Origin: an uncultured Bradymonadales bacterium
GTDB taxonomy: Bacteria > Myxococcota_A > Bradymonadia > Bradymonadales > Bradymonadaceae
Direction of reading: 5' to 3'
Assembly: GCA_964446725.1 (NCBI GenBank)
Contig: CAYUPT010000066.1
Coordinates: forward strand, 1 to 11,578
Length of the DNA: 11,578 nt
The notes under the pieces are model-generated. The model was given only the letters and a program-made list of their open reading frames with translations. It made no database searches and was not told where the DNA came from. Below, piece after piece: positions 1-8,284 of this stretch. Position 1 is the first letter of the stretch, and each line of letters starts with the position of its first letter. The position numbers and the translations under genes were made by a program.

Positions 1-50
1 GAGGACGCTTCCGTCTCCAACCTCACACCGCCGCCACCTCCTGGAAGTCG

Positions 51-68
51 GCTCCCCCTGGGGGGAGC
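51..68. other. GC-rich palindrome or hairpin downstream of the operon's last gene
   Basis: GCTCCCC-CTGG-GGGGAGC: 7-bp perfect stem with a 4-nt loop, 53-70 nt past the TGA of the 97-aa ORF. No U-tract on either strand, so it is at best a non-canonical terminator or RNA-stability stem. Confidence 0.25.
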
Positions 69-120
69 TGCCGGAGCGCAGCGGAGGCTGAGGGGGCACC
101 GGTCGACCTTTATTTACGCC

Positions 121-414
121 TCAACCCTCTTCTTTGCGCACTTCGACCTGCAGAAGCAGGTCTTCGTCGCCGGCGCCCAGAGAGATCGCGTAGTCCAGAT
201 CGCGATTGGCCAATTCATCGTCCAGAATCGGTGCCACGCGATCGGCGAGTTGCTCCCCGGTCTCGAGTTCGTGCTGTGCTTCGCGAAGCGCAATGTAGAT
301 TGCGCCCAGGCTTCCGGCGTCGGCGCGCACGTCGTAGCCACCGAAGGTGGGAACTTCGTCGTTGATGCGAGCTGCGATCTCTTCGCAGAGTTCGTCCAGC
401 GAGGACTGGGCCAT
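121..414 (-). CDS. Small (97 aa) highly acidic hypothetical protein, last gene of the NfeD-flotillin-ATPase operon
   Basis: ATG at 412-414 with AGGAG about 6 nt upstream on the minus strand (ctcAGGAGtacgcATG). TGA stop at 121-123. Codon usage (gac/gaa/ctg/cgc, GC-rich third positions) matches neighbouring genes. It sits 53 nt downstream of the giant ATPase stop (TAG at 468-470). Net charge is strongly negative, about 25 D/E against about 7 K/R. No recognisable domain. A competing plus-strand open frame (1..807) is S/R/C-rich and judged an artefact. Confidence 0.55.
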   Translation of the reverse strand: MAQSSLDELCEEIAARINDEVPTFGGYDVRADAGSLGAIYIALREAQHELETGEQLADRVAPILDDELANRDLDYAISLGAGDEDLLLQVEVRKEEG

Positions 415-467
415 GTGCGTACTCCTGAGAATGAACTATTTGTTCCCGTTGGCTTTCGCTCTCGGTC

Positions 468-3400
468 CTACTTTGAAGTCTCGATATTTTCCAGCCGTTG
501 CAACACCTCGCCCAATTGTTCGGTGGCCTCCGATTCATCGTCGAAGTGCCGATGCATGGCTCTGGCCAGTGGGACCAGAGCGCTTTCGATAAGGCCGAGC
601 TGGGTCTCGAGGACTTCTTGGAGTTTATCCGGCACGTCGCCGCCGACATCGACGCGGACCTCGCCGTTTTGCAACGCCCGGGTCATCTGCTCGACGGCCC
701 GCTCGCTTCCGTCGGACCGGCCATTGGCCTCCGATTCACCGTCGTCTGTCGGCGCCGGCACAGCGACGGAGCGATCGGAGTTGGCCATCTCGGCGAGGGC
801 GTCGTGAATTTCGCCCAGGTGTTGAGACATTTCTCGATGATCCAGGGCCCCCTGGACGTCTTCCACGCGCTGGACCAGCGTCGCCAGCGGTCCGGCGACC
901 CGGCTGACCGGATCGTCGTCGCCGCCGCCCATCATTTTACGTCGCTGGAATTCCTGTTTGACCTCGTCCCAGCGCTGCTGCTCGTCGTCGCTGAGCGTTC
1001 CCCGCAACTCGCCGAGTTTCAACAGGTTGGCCTCGGCGCCGGTGGTCAGCGTCTGAGCTTCGTTCTGGTAGTGGTCGTCGATGACCTCGTCGAGCTCCTC
1101 TTCGTTCATCGCCGGCACGATGCGCTCCGCCATGCTCCCCATATTTCGATAACTTCCCTGGAGCAAAAACGGCGGCTCCGTGCGGTAGTCGTCGTCCTGG
1201 CCCGCGGAGCGGATGTACTCCTGGTTGACCGCCAGTACCACATCGCGGACCTGGATGTACTTTTTGAGGACTTCCACAATCTGGTTGGCCTCCACCGACG
1301 AGTAGTCGTAACTCATCTCCGTCAGTGGAATCTGTTGTCCCTCGGCCATGCGGATAAAGCGATCGACGTCTTCCGGATCGCGCCCCACAAGTTGGGCCGT
1401 CGTCTCGTTGGAGGTCAGGGCGTTTTCGATGTAGCTGCGCTCAAAAGCCTGCCGATTTCCGCTGAGGATGTCACCCAGATTGTAGATATCGGCCCGGTTG
1501 GCCAGCATATCGGGGATGCGAAATCGCTCACCGGACTCCGTATAGGGGTTTCCACCCATGACCACCGAAAAGCGCTTGCCGCGAAGATCGTAGGTCTTGG
1601 ATTCGCCGTTCCAGACGCCGTCGACGCGGCGAGTGGCGTCGCACAGCGAGATAAATTGCTGCAAAAACTCCGGCGATACATGCTGGACGTCATCGACGTA
1701 CAGCATCACGTTATTGGCCATCTCGAAGGCGAAGTTCAATTTCTCCAATTCCTGGCGCGACGTGGCACTCGGGGCCTCCGCCGGGTCCAGCGAGGTGACC
1801 TCGTGGCCCAGCGAGGGGCCGTTGACGCGGACAAACATCACGCCCAGACGGCTGGCGATGTACTCCATGAGCGTCGTCTTGCCGTAACCGGGCGGCGAGA
1901 TCAAAAACAGCAGACCGCTTCGCTCGGCGCGCGCCGAATCACCGGCGGTCCCCATCTGAGTCGCCAGGTTGTCGCCGACGATGTCGAGATACACGTCATT
2001 GATGAGCTGGTTTCGCACAAATCCGCTCATGACCTGGGGTTCCAGGTCGTCGACTTCCAGTCGCTGTGCCTCGCGCTCCACCAATTCGTGGGTTCTTCTT
2101 CGGTATTCGCGCCAGGCCGGGACGTGTTCGTCGATGTACTGGCGAAGCCGTGTCAAAAAGGCGTCGAGGCGCAACTCCATCGCTCCGTCGTCGATCCGTC
2201 CGTGATTGCCGCGAAGCCCCTCGATTTCGATGCGCATGCGCACCTCCGAGGTCTTGCGGCGCAACCGATCGCCGACCAGAAGCAATCCCACCGTCTCCGG
2301 CAGCACGTGGTGGACATCGCCGTCCACATTGCGCTCCACAAATCCCTCTAGCCAGGCCTCGACCAGATCGTAGCCGGAGGCGATATCGGACTCGATATCC
2401 TCCAGGTCCTGCTCGAAGTCGATGCGCTTGCCCTTCTTTTCGAGGGTCTCCATAAAGCGGTCGCGCAACTCCGTGGCCTCGTCGTTGACCACGAAGACCG
2501 GGTCGTCATCGACCAATTCCTGGGCCAGATAGTGGCCGGCCTCGATACAGCGGCTTCGGGTGAAGCGGCCGATCTCTGCGGTGGCCGTCTCGTCGACGGT
2601 GCGGCGAAGTCCCAGTCCGTCGATAAATTCGTCGATGGCCTCTCCCAACTCCCGGCCCAGGCCGTCGAGGGGGCGATCGTGGCCGAAAATTTCGCGCAAT
2701 CTGCCGAGGCTAACGGACTGGCGGGCCCAGCGCTGGCGGCGTTCATCGTCACTGAATGCCCAGAATAGCGACGCCGCCGCCCGGGCCTGGGGCGTAAATC
2801 GAAGCAGCCCCGCCGTCTTGTAGACACTGAGCAGGGCCTCCAGAATCTTTTCGGCGTCCTCGTCGTGCACGCCCCGCTCGTAGCCCTCGTCGTAGCGATC
2901 GGTTCGAGCTTCCTCGATGACCTCTGCCAACCCGCCGTCGTCGCGCGCCTTGTCGCGAAGCTCGTCGATGGTGTAGTCGCCGTCGCCCTCTTCGGCGTCA
3001 AATAAAATCGACGCCGCCAGAAACTCCGCCCGGTAGACGTGCTCCGTCTCCGAGACCAGTGGCTGGTCCCAGAAGGGTCGGGTCTTTTCGTACTCCGGAT
3101 CGTCGACGGGCTCGAAAAACTCGGTGCCCGTGATGTGGAGCATCATCTGGCCGCCGCGGGGAATGGCGGTCATCTCCGGGTCGCCATCGCCGATGCTGAA
3201 TTTGTGGCGACCGAGTTCAATGATGTCGTCGTCATCGCCGTACAGGTCGGCCTTGTCGCGAAGCTCGCGCACCGATTCGTCTTCTACGGAGGCCATCTGC
3301 GTCTGCAGATCGTCTGCGGCGACGCCCTCGCCGAGTTCGCGCAGCTCTTCGATCTGCTCGCGAACCCGCATGATCATCGGATCGGAGGCGAAAAAGGCGT

Positions 3401-5846
3401 TGAGATCGTCGACCGAGTCCTGGGATGCGGCCCGGCGCTTGACGTTTTCCAGGACCCGTTCGGCGGCGTCGACGATGCGCTGGGCCCGGCGCTGGCGCTC
3501 TTCGAGAAGCGTCTGCTTTCGGCTCTCGAAGGTCTCGTAGATCTCCTCGCGCTTGCGAGTCAATTTCTCCATGTAGGTATCGAATTCGCTGAAGCGACTC
3601 TCCAGCTCTTCGAGTTGCGACAACACCCGGCTGAGGCGCTCATCGCAGGCCTCCGGCGTATCGGCCATGCCCAAGGCGCTGTTGATGGTCTGGTCGAGGA
3701 GCTGAAACTGGACGGCGAATTCGGCCTTCCCCTCCTGATCGCGGACCTTCTGGAGGCGGTTTTCGAGCCCGGCGCGCACCTGGTTTTGCCGTCCCAGCAA
3801 GGCGCCGATGTCGTCGAGGATCTCCGTGCGCCGCGTCGGATCGTCGATATCGAGGTTGCTGACCACGTCGGTCAAAAGCGTCAACTGCTCGTTGATCTCC
3901 TCGACATCGTCTAACAGCGCCTCGCCCTCTTTGGTGGTCTCGAATTCGTCGGTGGCTTCCTCGAGTTCATCGAGCCGCTCGTGATACGGCGCCAGGGCGT
4001 CTTCGCCGAGCAGAAAATCGACGGTGGCTGCCGTCAACTCCTCGCTTCGCTCGACGACCTCCTCTTCGAGTTCGTCGAGGCGCTCGTCGTCGATGTAGCG
4101 CACATCGTGCAGTGTGATGAGCCGGCCGCGATGCTCTCTCAGATCGGCCAGCGCGTCGACGAATCGCTCCAGGCGACTCCAGTTGTCGAAGCGAGTGTCG
4201 ACCAGAATATCGCTCTGGCGGTCTTCGGCCTGCTGGAGGCGCTTTCGGGCGTCCTCTTTCATGGCCCGAACTTTGATGAACTCCTCGACGACCAATTCGG
4301 CGGTATCGATGATATCGCCGACCAACTCGTCGATGGCGCCAATTTCGTCTTCGCCGAGCCAGAAATAATTGTCGAGCAGTGTCTGAGCGGACTTGATGAG
4401 CGCCTCGTAGATCGTCTCGCTGGGCTCCAGATCGTCGATCATCCGGCACAGCCCGAGAATATCGGAGATCCCCTGGACCAACTCTGCATTGCCCAGATCG
4501 GTGAGACGGGAGTCGCTCTCTTTGGGCTGTTCGGCGGCGAATTCCTCGTCGTAGTACGGCGTCTCCCAGATCTGCATGGGATGGACCCGCGTCGCCTCGT
4601 CGTTCATCAGTCGAAACACGACCATCTTGCCGTCGCTAAAGATGCTGTAGCCGTGGCAATTGATCGGGTTTTCGATCTCCTTTCGGATCACGTTGTACGA
4701 CAACAGCAGATAGGTCCCCTCCTCCGGGCGATAAAAGACGTACAGATAATCCTCGCCGTTGGCGGAGCGAATCATCTCCTGGAAGCGCATGCCGTCGGTT
4801 TCGACGTCGAACTCGCGCATCGGTCCTTCCGACAGGACATAGCCTCCCGGAAAGATGACGCCCTGATCTTCGGGAAGGGTCACGCAGGACTGGCCGATGG
4901 TATCGATGCGGCGAATATCCTCGGTCAGCGAGTTAAAGACGAAATACCGCCAGTCGTCTTCTCGATAGGGAAGGACCCGAAAGACAATCAGATTGTCGAT
5001 CTGGCAGAACTGGACTTCTGCATCGCCCAGCGACTGGTGGCGATCGTCGACGGGCTCGGAGTGGATGCCTTTGCCGGACTCGGTGTTGTCCTCGACTTTG
5101 ACCGTCAATTGACCGTCCGTGCAGTCGACGAAGACGTCGTCGAGGATACAGACGTGCGGATAGCGCCCCTGGACGTGGTCTTCGCGGGTGACGTCCCGCC
5201 AGTCGAAGTCGTGCTGGCTGGGCGTGCGCAGATCGCGGCGCCCGGAGTTGTCGATGTAATCGACGTTTTCATCGGAATCGAGCGCCCACCGAAGCACCCG
5301 GATATCGTCGAGCGTCGTCCCCGTCTGAAAGACCCCCATCAGGCGATTATCGGTCTTCTGGAGCTGAATCAGACGGACGTCGCTGTAATAGGTGTACAGG
5401 CTCTCAAAATCATCGACGAATTCTTGCTGACCCAGAAAGTTCTCGGAGCGATCTTCGGCGATGGGCTCGATCTGAAATTCATCGCCGTCGGTCTCGAAGG
5501 CGTGAAAGCTGAAGACATCGTCGATATCGGTGGATTTCTTCATGCCGATATAGACGTTGTAGCCAAAGAGCAGGTGGTCATCGATATCGATGATGTCGCG
5601 CGGGATACAGTTGTGCTCGGTGCGCACGACGACCTGTCCGGCCACCGAAAGGTCGGTCCCTCCAAAGATGTCCTGGCGATGATCGTTGAGTTCGTCGGCC
5701 CGGCGCCGAAGTTCGTCGGCCTGATCGGCGAGCCGGTCGCGGATGATGTCGTAGTTGCTTCCCCGGACGTCGGTCTCTTCGCCATCCGGGGCGTTGTCGG
5801 GGGCGGATTGCGTCGATTCCTGTTCGACTGGCGCTTCGGTGGTCAT
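468..5846 (-). CDS. Giant (1792 aa) AAA+ ATPase. Beta-rich N-terminal ~480 aa, ~800 aa acidic helical region, one AAA_5/MoxR-like module near the C-terminus, ~330 aa helical tail
   Basis: Uninterrupted 5.4-kb ORF. ATG at 5844-5846 preceded by GGAG (ccGGAGtgcgccATG). TAG stop at 468-470. Walker A 'LISPPGYGKTTL', Walker B 'NVMLYVDDVQ', and an 'MGGNPYTESGERFRIP-DMLANRADIYNL' block resembling the sensor-1 / Arg / 'ALLDRF' region of MoxR/McrB/dynein-type AAA_5 domains. No obvious transmembrane segment and no VWA MIDAS motif seen. Confidence 0.9.
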   Translation of the reverse strand: MTTEAPVEQESTQSAPDNAPDGEETDVRGSNYDIIRDRLADQADELRRRADELNDHRQDIFGGTDLSVAGQVVVRTEHNCIPRDIIDIDDHLLFGYNVYIGMKKSTDIDDVFSFHAFETDGDEFQIEPIAEDRSENFLGQQEFVDDFESLYTYYSDVRLIQLQKTDNRLMGVFQTGTTLDDIRVLRWALDSDENVDYIDNSGRRDLRTPSQHDFDWRDVTREDHVQGRYPHVCILDDVFVDCTDGQLTVKVEDNTESGKGIHSEPVDDRHQSLGDAEVQFCQIDNLIVFRVLPYREDDWRYFVFNSLTEDIRRIDTIGQSCVTLPEDQGVIFPGGYVLSEGPMREFDVETDGMRFQEMIRSANGEDYLYVFYRPEEGTYLLLSYNVIRKEIENPINCHGYSIFSDGKMVVFRLMNDEATRVHPMQIWETPYYDEEFAAEQPKESDSRLTDLGNAELVQGISDILGLCRMIDDLEPSETIYEALIKSAQTLLDNYFWLGEDEIGAIDELVGDIIDTAELVVEEFIKVRAMKEDARKRLQQAEDRQSDILVDTRFDNWSRLERFVDALADLREHRGRLITLHDVRYIDDERLDELEEEVVERSEELTAATVDFLLGEDALAPYHERLDELEEATDEFETTKEGEALLDDVEEINEQLTLLTDVVSNLDIDDPTRRTEILDDIGALLGRQNQVRAGLENRLQKVRDQEGKAEFAVQFQLLDQTINSALGMADTPEACDERLSRVLSQLEELESRFSEFDTYMEKLTRKREEIYETFESRKQTLLEERQRRAQRIVDAAERVLENVKRRAASQDSVDDLNAFFASDPMIMRVREQIEELRELGEGVAADDLQTQMASVEDESVRELRDKADLYGDDDDIIELGRHKFSIGDGDPEMTAIPRGGQMMLHITGTEFFEPVDDPEYEKTRPFWDQPLVSETEHVYRAEFLAASILFDAEEGDGDYTIDELRDKARDDGGLAEVIEEARTDRYDEGYERGVHDEDAEKILEALLSVYKTAGLLRFTPQARAAASLFWAFSDDERRQRWARQSVSLGRLREIFGHDRPLDGLGRELGEAIDEFIDGLGLRRTVDETATAEIGRFTRSRCIEAGHYLAQELVDDDPVFVVNDEATELRDRFMETLEKKGKRIDFEQDLEDIESDIASGYDLVEAWLEGFVERNVDGDVHHVLPETVGLLLVGDRLRRKTSEVRMRIEIEGLRGNHGRIDDGAMELRLDAFLTRLRQYIDEHVPAWREYRRRTHELVEREAQRLEVDDLEPQVMSGFVRNQLINDVYLDIVGDNLATQMGTAGDSARAERSGLLFLISPPGYGKTTLMEYIASRLGVMFVRVNGPSLGHEVTSLDPAEAPSATSRQELEKLNFAFEMANNVMLYVDDVQHVSPEFLQQFISLCDATRRVDGVWNGESKTYDLRGKRFSVVMGGNPYTESGERFRIPDMLANRADIYNLGDILSGNRQAFERSYIENALTSNETTAQLVGRDPEDVDRFIRMAEGQQIPLTEMSYDYSSVEANQIVEVLKKYIQVRDVVLAVNQEYIRSAGQDDDYRTEPPFLLQGSYRNMGSMAERIVPAMNEEELDEVIDDHYQNEAQTLTTGAEANLLKLGELRGTLSDDEQQRWDEVKQEFQRRKMMGGGDDDPVSRVAGPLATLVQRVEDVQGALDHREMSQHLGEIHDALAEMANSDRSVAVPAPTDDGESEANGRSDGSERAVEQMTRALQNGEVRVDVGGDVPDKLQEVLETQLGLIESALVPLARAMHRHFDDESEATEQLGEVLQRLENIETSK
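1460..1950 (-). other. AAA+ (AAA_5/MoxR-type) ATPase module inside the giant ORF, about residues 1300-1460
   Basis: P-loop SPPGYGKTT encoded at 1872..1898 (checked: revcomp of cttgccgtaacc... gives LLFLISPPGYGK). Walker B MLYVDDVQHV encoded at 1677..1706 (checked by reverse translation). Sensor/Arg block GGNPYTESGERFRIPD at about 1509..1556. Confidence 0.8.
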
Positions 5847-5873
5847 GGCGCACTCCGGGCATCGAAAATCGGC

Positions 5874-5898
5874 GCCGGAGGCTCGGGAAGCCTCCGGC
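5874..5898 (-). promoter_or_regulatory. Intercistronic GC-rich stem-loop between the flotillin stop and the ATPase RBS. Perfect 10-bp stem, 5-nt loop, followed on the minus strand by GCCGATTTTCG
   Basis: Minus-strand RNA GCCGGAGGCU-UCCCG-AGCCUCCGGC, then GCCGAUUUUCGAUGCCCGGAGUGCGCCAUG. The stem ends about 27 nt before the ATPase start codon and just upstream of its GGAG. It could be a partial terminator or attenuator, or an mRNA processing or stability element. Confidence 0.45.
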
Positions 5899-5935
5899 GT
5901 TTGGGGTCCGTATCACGGGCTGTTGGTGCCGAAGG

Positions 5936-8227
5936 CTAGACCGATGCGTCTTCTCCGTCGATCTCGTCGACGGTATCGAGTTCGGTCCCCTGGACCAATT
6001 CGATGAGCTCATCGATCTTTTTGCGCCCCTCGCCCTCGGCGCGGCCTTTGACCTCGTCGAGAATCTTCGACAGCGTCAACTTCGGCGCACCATCGGTGGC
6101 CGCTTCGCCGTTGGCGCCATCGCCAACCGGCAGCGCATTGCCTCCTCCGTTGGCGCCTCCGCCGGAGAATTTGTCGACCACCGAACCCACCAGCCCTTCG
6201 GCGGTGGGACTGGTGTCCATAAAGCCCTCGATCATGTGTCCCGCCGAGATCGACTTCATGAAGTTCTGATAAAAATCGTCGTTGCCGCCGACGATGTTGA
6301 TGTCGGCTTCTGTCATCGCCTTGCCGAGGACGTCGGCCTGAGCCTGGGCGATATCGACGGCGTTTCCGATCTTCTCCATGCCCAGCTTCTCGCCGTACTC
6401 CAGCTGCAGTCGGTATTCCTCGTGCTCCAGTGCGTGGTCGCTGAAGGCGTCGATGGACTTCGCCTTTTCGGCAAGTCCCTTCGCTTCGGCGAGCAGGCGC
6501 TCCTGGATGCCTTCGGCTTCGGCGCGCTTCTTTTCGGCCAAGGCGTGGGCTTCGGCTTCGCCGGCGGCGCGCACGCCATCGGCTTCCGCCTGCTTTTGTT
6601 CGCGAAGAGCGACCGCTTCCGCCGTGCCCTTCTCCTCGGTGATTTTCGCCTCCGCCAGGCCCTCCTGTTCGAGGGCTTCGGCGTTTTGCTTTTTGACGCG
6701 AACCTGAACCATTTCGCGCTCTTCTTCGCCGGCGGCTTCCGCCTTGAGCTGTTCGCGCGTGATTTTGGCCTCCACCAATCCCTCTTTTTCGAGGGCCTGA
6801 GCGTTGGCTTCTTTGACCTCGACCTCGGCGAGTCCGGGAGCGGCCTGTTCGGCCTGCACACCTTCGGCGCGCTGCTTTTTGGCCTTGGCGATCCGTTCGG
6901 CGGCGTCGACTTCTGCATCGGCGCGCGTGATCTGCTCTTTGGCCTCGTGTTCGGCGACCTTTTCTTTGGCCTCCGCCTCTTTGATATCGGCGATCAGCGC
7001 TTCCTGGGCTTCGCCCTCGGCGGCGATGACCGACGCTTCCTTTTCGCGCTCGGCGGCCTTGACGGTGCGCAGTGTCTCGATTTCTTCTTCTTCTTCGGCC
7101 ACCGTCTTTTCGACGGCGATGCGGTCGCGCCGCACCTCGGCAACTTCCTTTTGCTCGGTCTCGACTTCCCGGTCCCGGGAAATGCTCTTGAGCTCGGTCT
7201 CCCGCTCGCGCTCCACGACCTGGAGGTCGCGCTCCTTTTTGACGTTTTCTTCTTCGACGGCCAGCACGCGCTCGCGATTCTTCGTCGCCACTTCCTGCTC
7301 GCGCTGACTTTCGATCTTGCGGATCTCCACTTCCTCCTGGGCTTCGATCTCAGCCTTCTGGGCGCGGGCAATCTCCTTGGCGCGGATCTCTTCTGCCTCC
7401 GCCTTTTGCTGAGCTTCGACGACCGAAATTTCTCGGCGCTGTTTGGCTTCAGCGTCCGCTTCCTGTCGCTCGTACTCCAGAAGCGCCTTGCGGGTCTCCA
7501 GATCGTCACGGCCAATGTCTTTTTTGGCCTTGTTTTCGAGCTCGTTTTTGTGGTGGCGCTTCTCGGCGGTAATTTCGGTGATCTTTTCGAGACCGCGGGC
7601 ATCGAGGACATTCTCCGGATCAAGTTCCCGCGCCGGGGTCTGCTCCAGATAGTCAATGGCGGCGTCTTCCAGAACGTAGCCGTTTAAGTCCTCGCCGATG
7701 ACTTCGATGATCTGTTCGCGAAATTCGACGCGCTGTCCGTACAACTCTTCGAATTCCAACTGCTTACCGACCGTCTTTAAGGCCTCCGAAAATTTCGCGG
7801 TAAACAGCTCTTCCAGTCGGTCCTGGTCGGAGGCGCGAGCACAGCCGACGGCTTCCGCCACCTTTTTGACGTCGCGCTCGGTGCGATTGACCTTGACGAA
7901 GAACGTAACCGTAATGTCGGCGCGAATATTGTCGGCGCAGATCAGACCGTCGTGACCATCTCGGGCAATCTGGATGGTCTTGACCGAGATATCCATCACC
8001 TCGGCGCGGGTGATCACCGGCCAGATAAATCCACCGGTAAAGTGGACATCCGTCTTCCACGGCAGGTTCACGATCAGGACTTCGCCCTGGTCGACCTTCT
8101 TGTAGGCCAGCATGGAACCGATAAACAAAATTACGGCCAAGCCGATAAAGCCGAACACAATCGCCCACACTCCAAGGCCGCTGAACGTGTCGAGTATCCC
8201 ATTGGCATTGGCGAGTACGAAACTCAT
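5936..8227 (-). CDS. Flotillin-like SPFH/band-7 protein (FloT/YqiK family), 763 aa, with an extended Glu/Ala-rich coiled-coil region
   Basis: ATG at 8225-8227 with GAGAGGA about 7 nt upstream. TAG stop at 5936-5938. N-terminal TM helix (GLGVWAIVFGFIGLAVILFIGSMLAY, about 8105..8176). Then an SPFH core (YKKVDQGEVLIVN...HFTGGFIWPVITRAEVMDISVKTIQI...GLICADNIRADITVTFFVKVNRTERDVKKVAEAVG, about 7540..8095) typical of YqiK/FloT. Then about 370 aa of EA/KE-rich heptad-like coiled coil and a flotillin-type C-terminal tail. Confidence 0.92.
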   Translation of the reverse strand: MSFVLANANGILDTFSGLGVWAIVFGFIGLAVILFIGSMLAYKKVDQGEVLIVNLPWKTDVHFTGGFIWPVITRAEVMDISVKTIQIARDGHDGLICADNIRADITVTFFVKVNRTERDVKKVAEAVGCARASDQDRLEELFTAKFSEALKTVGKQLEFEELYGQRVEFREQIIEVIGEDLNGYVLEDAAIDYLEQTPARELDPENVLDARGLEKITEITAEKRHHKNELENKAKKDIGRDDLETRKALLEYERQEADAEAKQRREISVVEAQQKAEAEEIRAKEIARAQKAEIEAQEEVEIRKIESQREQEVATKNRERVLAVEEENVKKERDLQVVERERETELKSISRDREVETEQKEVAEVRRDRIAVEKTVAEEEEEIETLRTVKAAEREKEASVIAAEGEAQEALIADIKEAEAKEKVAEHEAKEQITRADAEVDAAERIAKAKKQRAEGVQAEQAAPGLAEVEVKEANAQALEKEGLVEAKITREQLKAEAAGEEEREMVQVRVKKQNAEALEQEGLAEAKITEEKGTAEAVALREQKQAEADGVRAAGEAEAHALAEKKRAEAEGIQERLLAEAKGLAEKAKSIDAFSDHALEHEEYRLQLEYGEKLGMEKIGNAVDIAQAQADVLGKAMTEADINIVGGNDDFYQNFMKSISAGHMIEGFMDTSPTAEGLVGSVVDKFSGGGANGGGNALPVGDGANGEAATDGAPKLTLSKILDEVKGRAEGEGRKKIDELIELVQGTELDTVDEIDGEDASV
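6638..6877 (-). repeat. In-frame tandem duplication, two units of about 120 nt (40 aa), inside the flotillin coiled coil
   Basis: Nucleotide blocks 6638-6684 and 6758-6804 are near-identical (gtgattttcgcctccgccaggccctcctgttcgagggcttcggcgtt versus gtgattttggcctccaccaatccctctttttcgagggcctgagcgtt), spaced exactly 120 nt. They encode VEVKEANAQALEKEGLVEAKITREQLKAEA versus VRVKKQNAEALEQEGLAEAKITEEKGTAEA. Confidence 0.8.
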
Positions 8228-8284
8228 CGAATCCTCTCATCGCAAAGATTGTGGGTCCTCACTGGAAGCGATGTGCTCCGGCGA

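Noticed and set aside
1-807. Plus-strand frame 1 is open from the window start to 807 (includes track ORF 250..807)
   Set aside because: It would overlap the 97-aa gene entirely and 340 nt of the ATPase 3' end. The translation is P/S/R/C-rich and featureless. It is treated as an antisense artefact, though a gene entering from outside the window cannot be excluded without upstream sequence.
1300-2000. Possibility that the giant ATPase is a Wadjet JetC/TIGR02680-like or dynamin-like protein
   Set aside because: The motifs are AAA+ (GPPGxGKT-type P-loop plus NP...R sensor block), not the ABC/SMC signature or dynamin G1-G4 GTPase motifs. No neighbouring JetA/B/D-like genes are present.
498-2351. 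Long plus-strand ORFs antisense to the real genes (498..2351, 3039..3914, 3981..5939, 6236..7687, 9204..9905, 10006..10890 and the smaller ones)
   Set aside because: All lie opposite minus-strand genes that have unambiguous domain signatures (AAA+, SPFH, NfeD, Cys-repeat). Their translations are low-complexity R/S/A/G/L-rich with no motifs. In about 60% GC DNA the antisense frames rarely contain AT-rich stop codons, so long spurious ORFs are expected.
6313-7656. Highly basic K/R/P-rich ORFs (6313..6918 and 6994..7656, minus strand) in alternative frames of the flotillin gene
   Set aside because: They are frame-shifted readings of the GAA/GCC-rich coiled-coil coding repeats on the same strand. 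The in-frame flotillin reading is continuous and domain-consistent, so these are artefacts.
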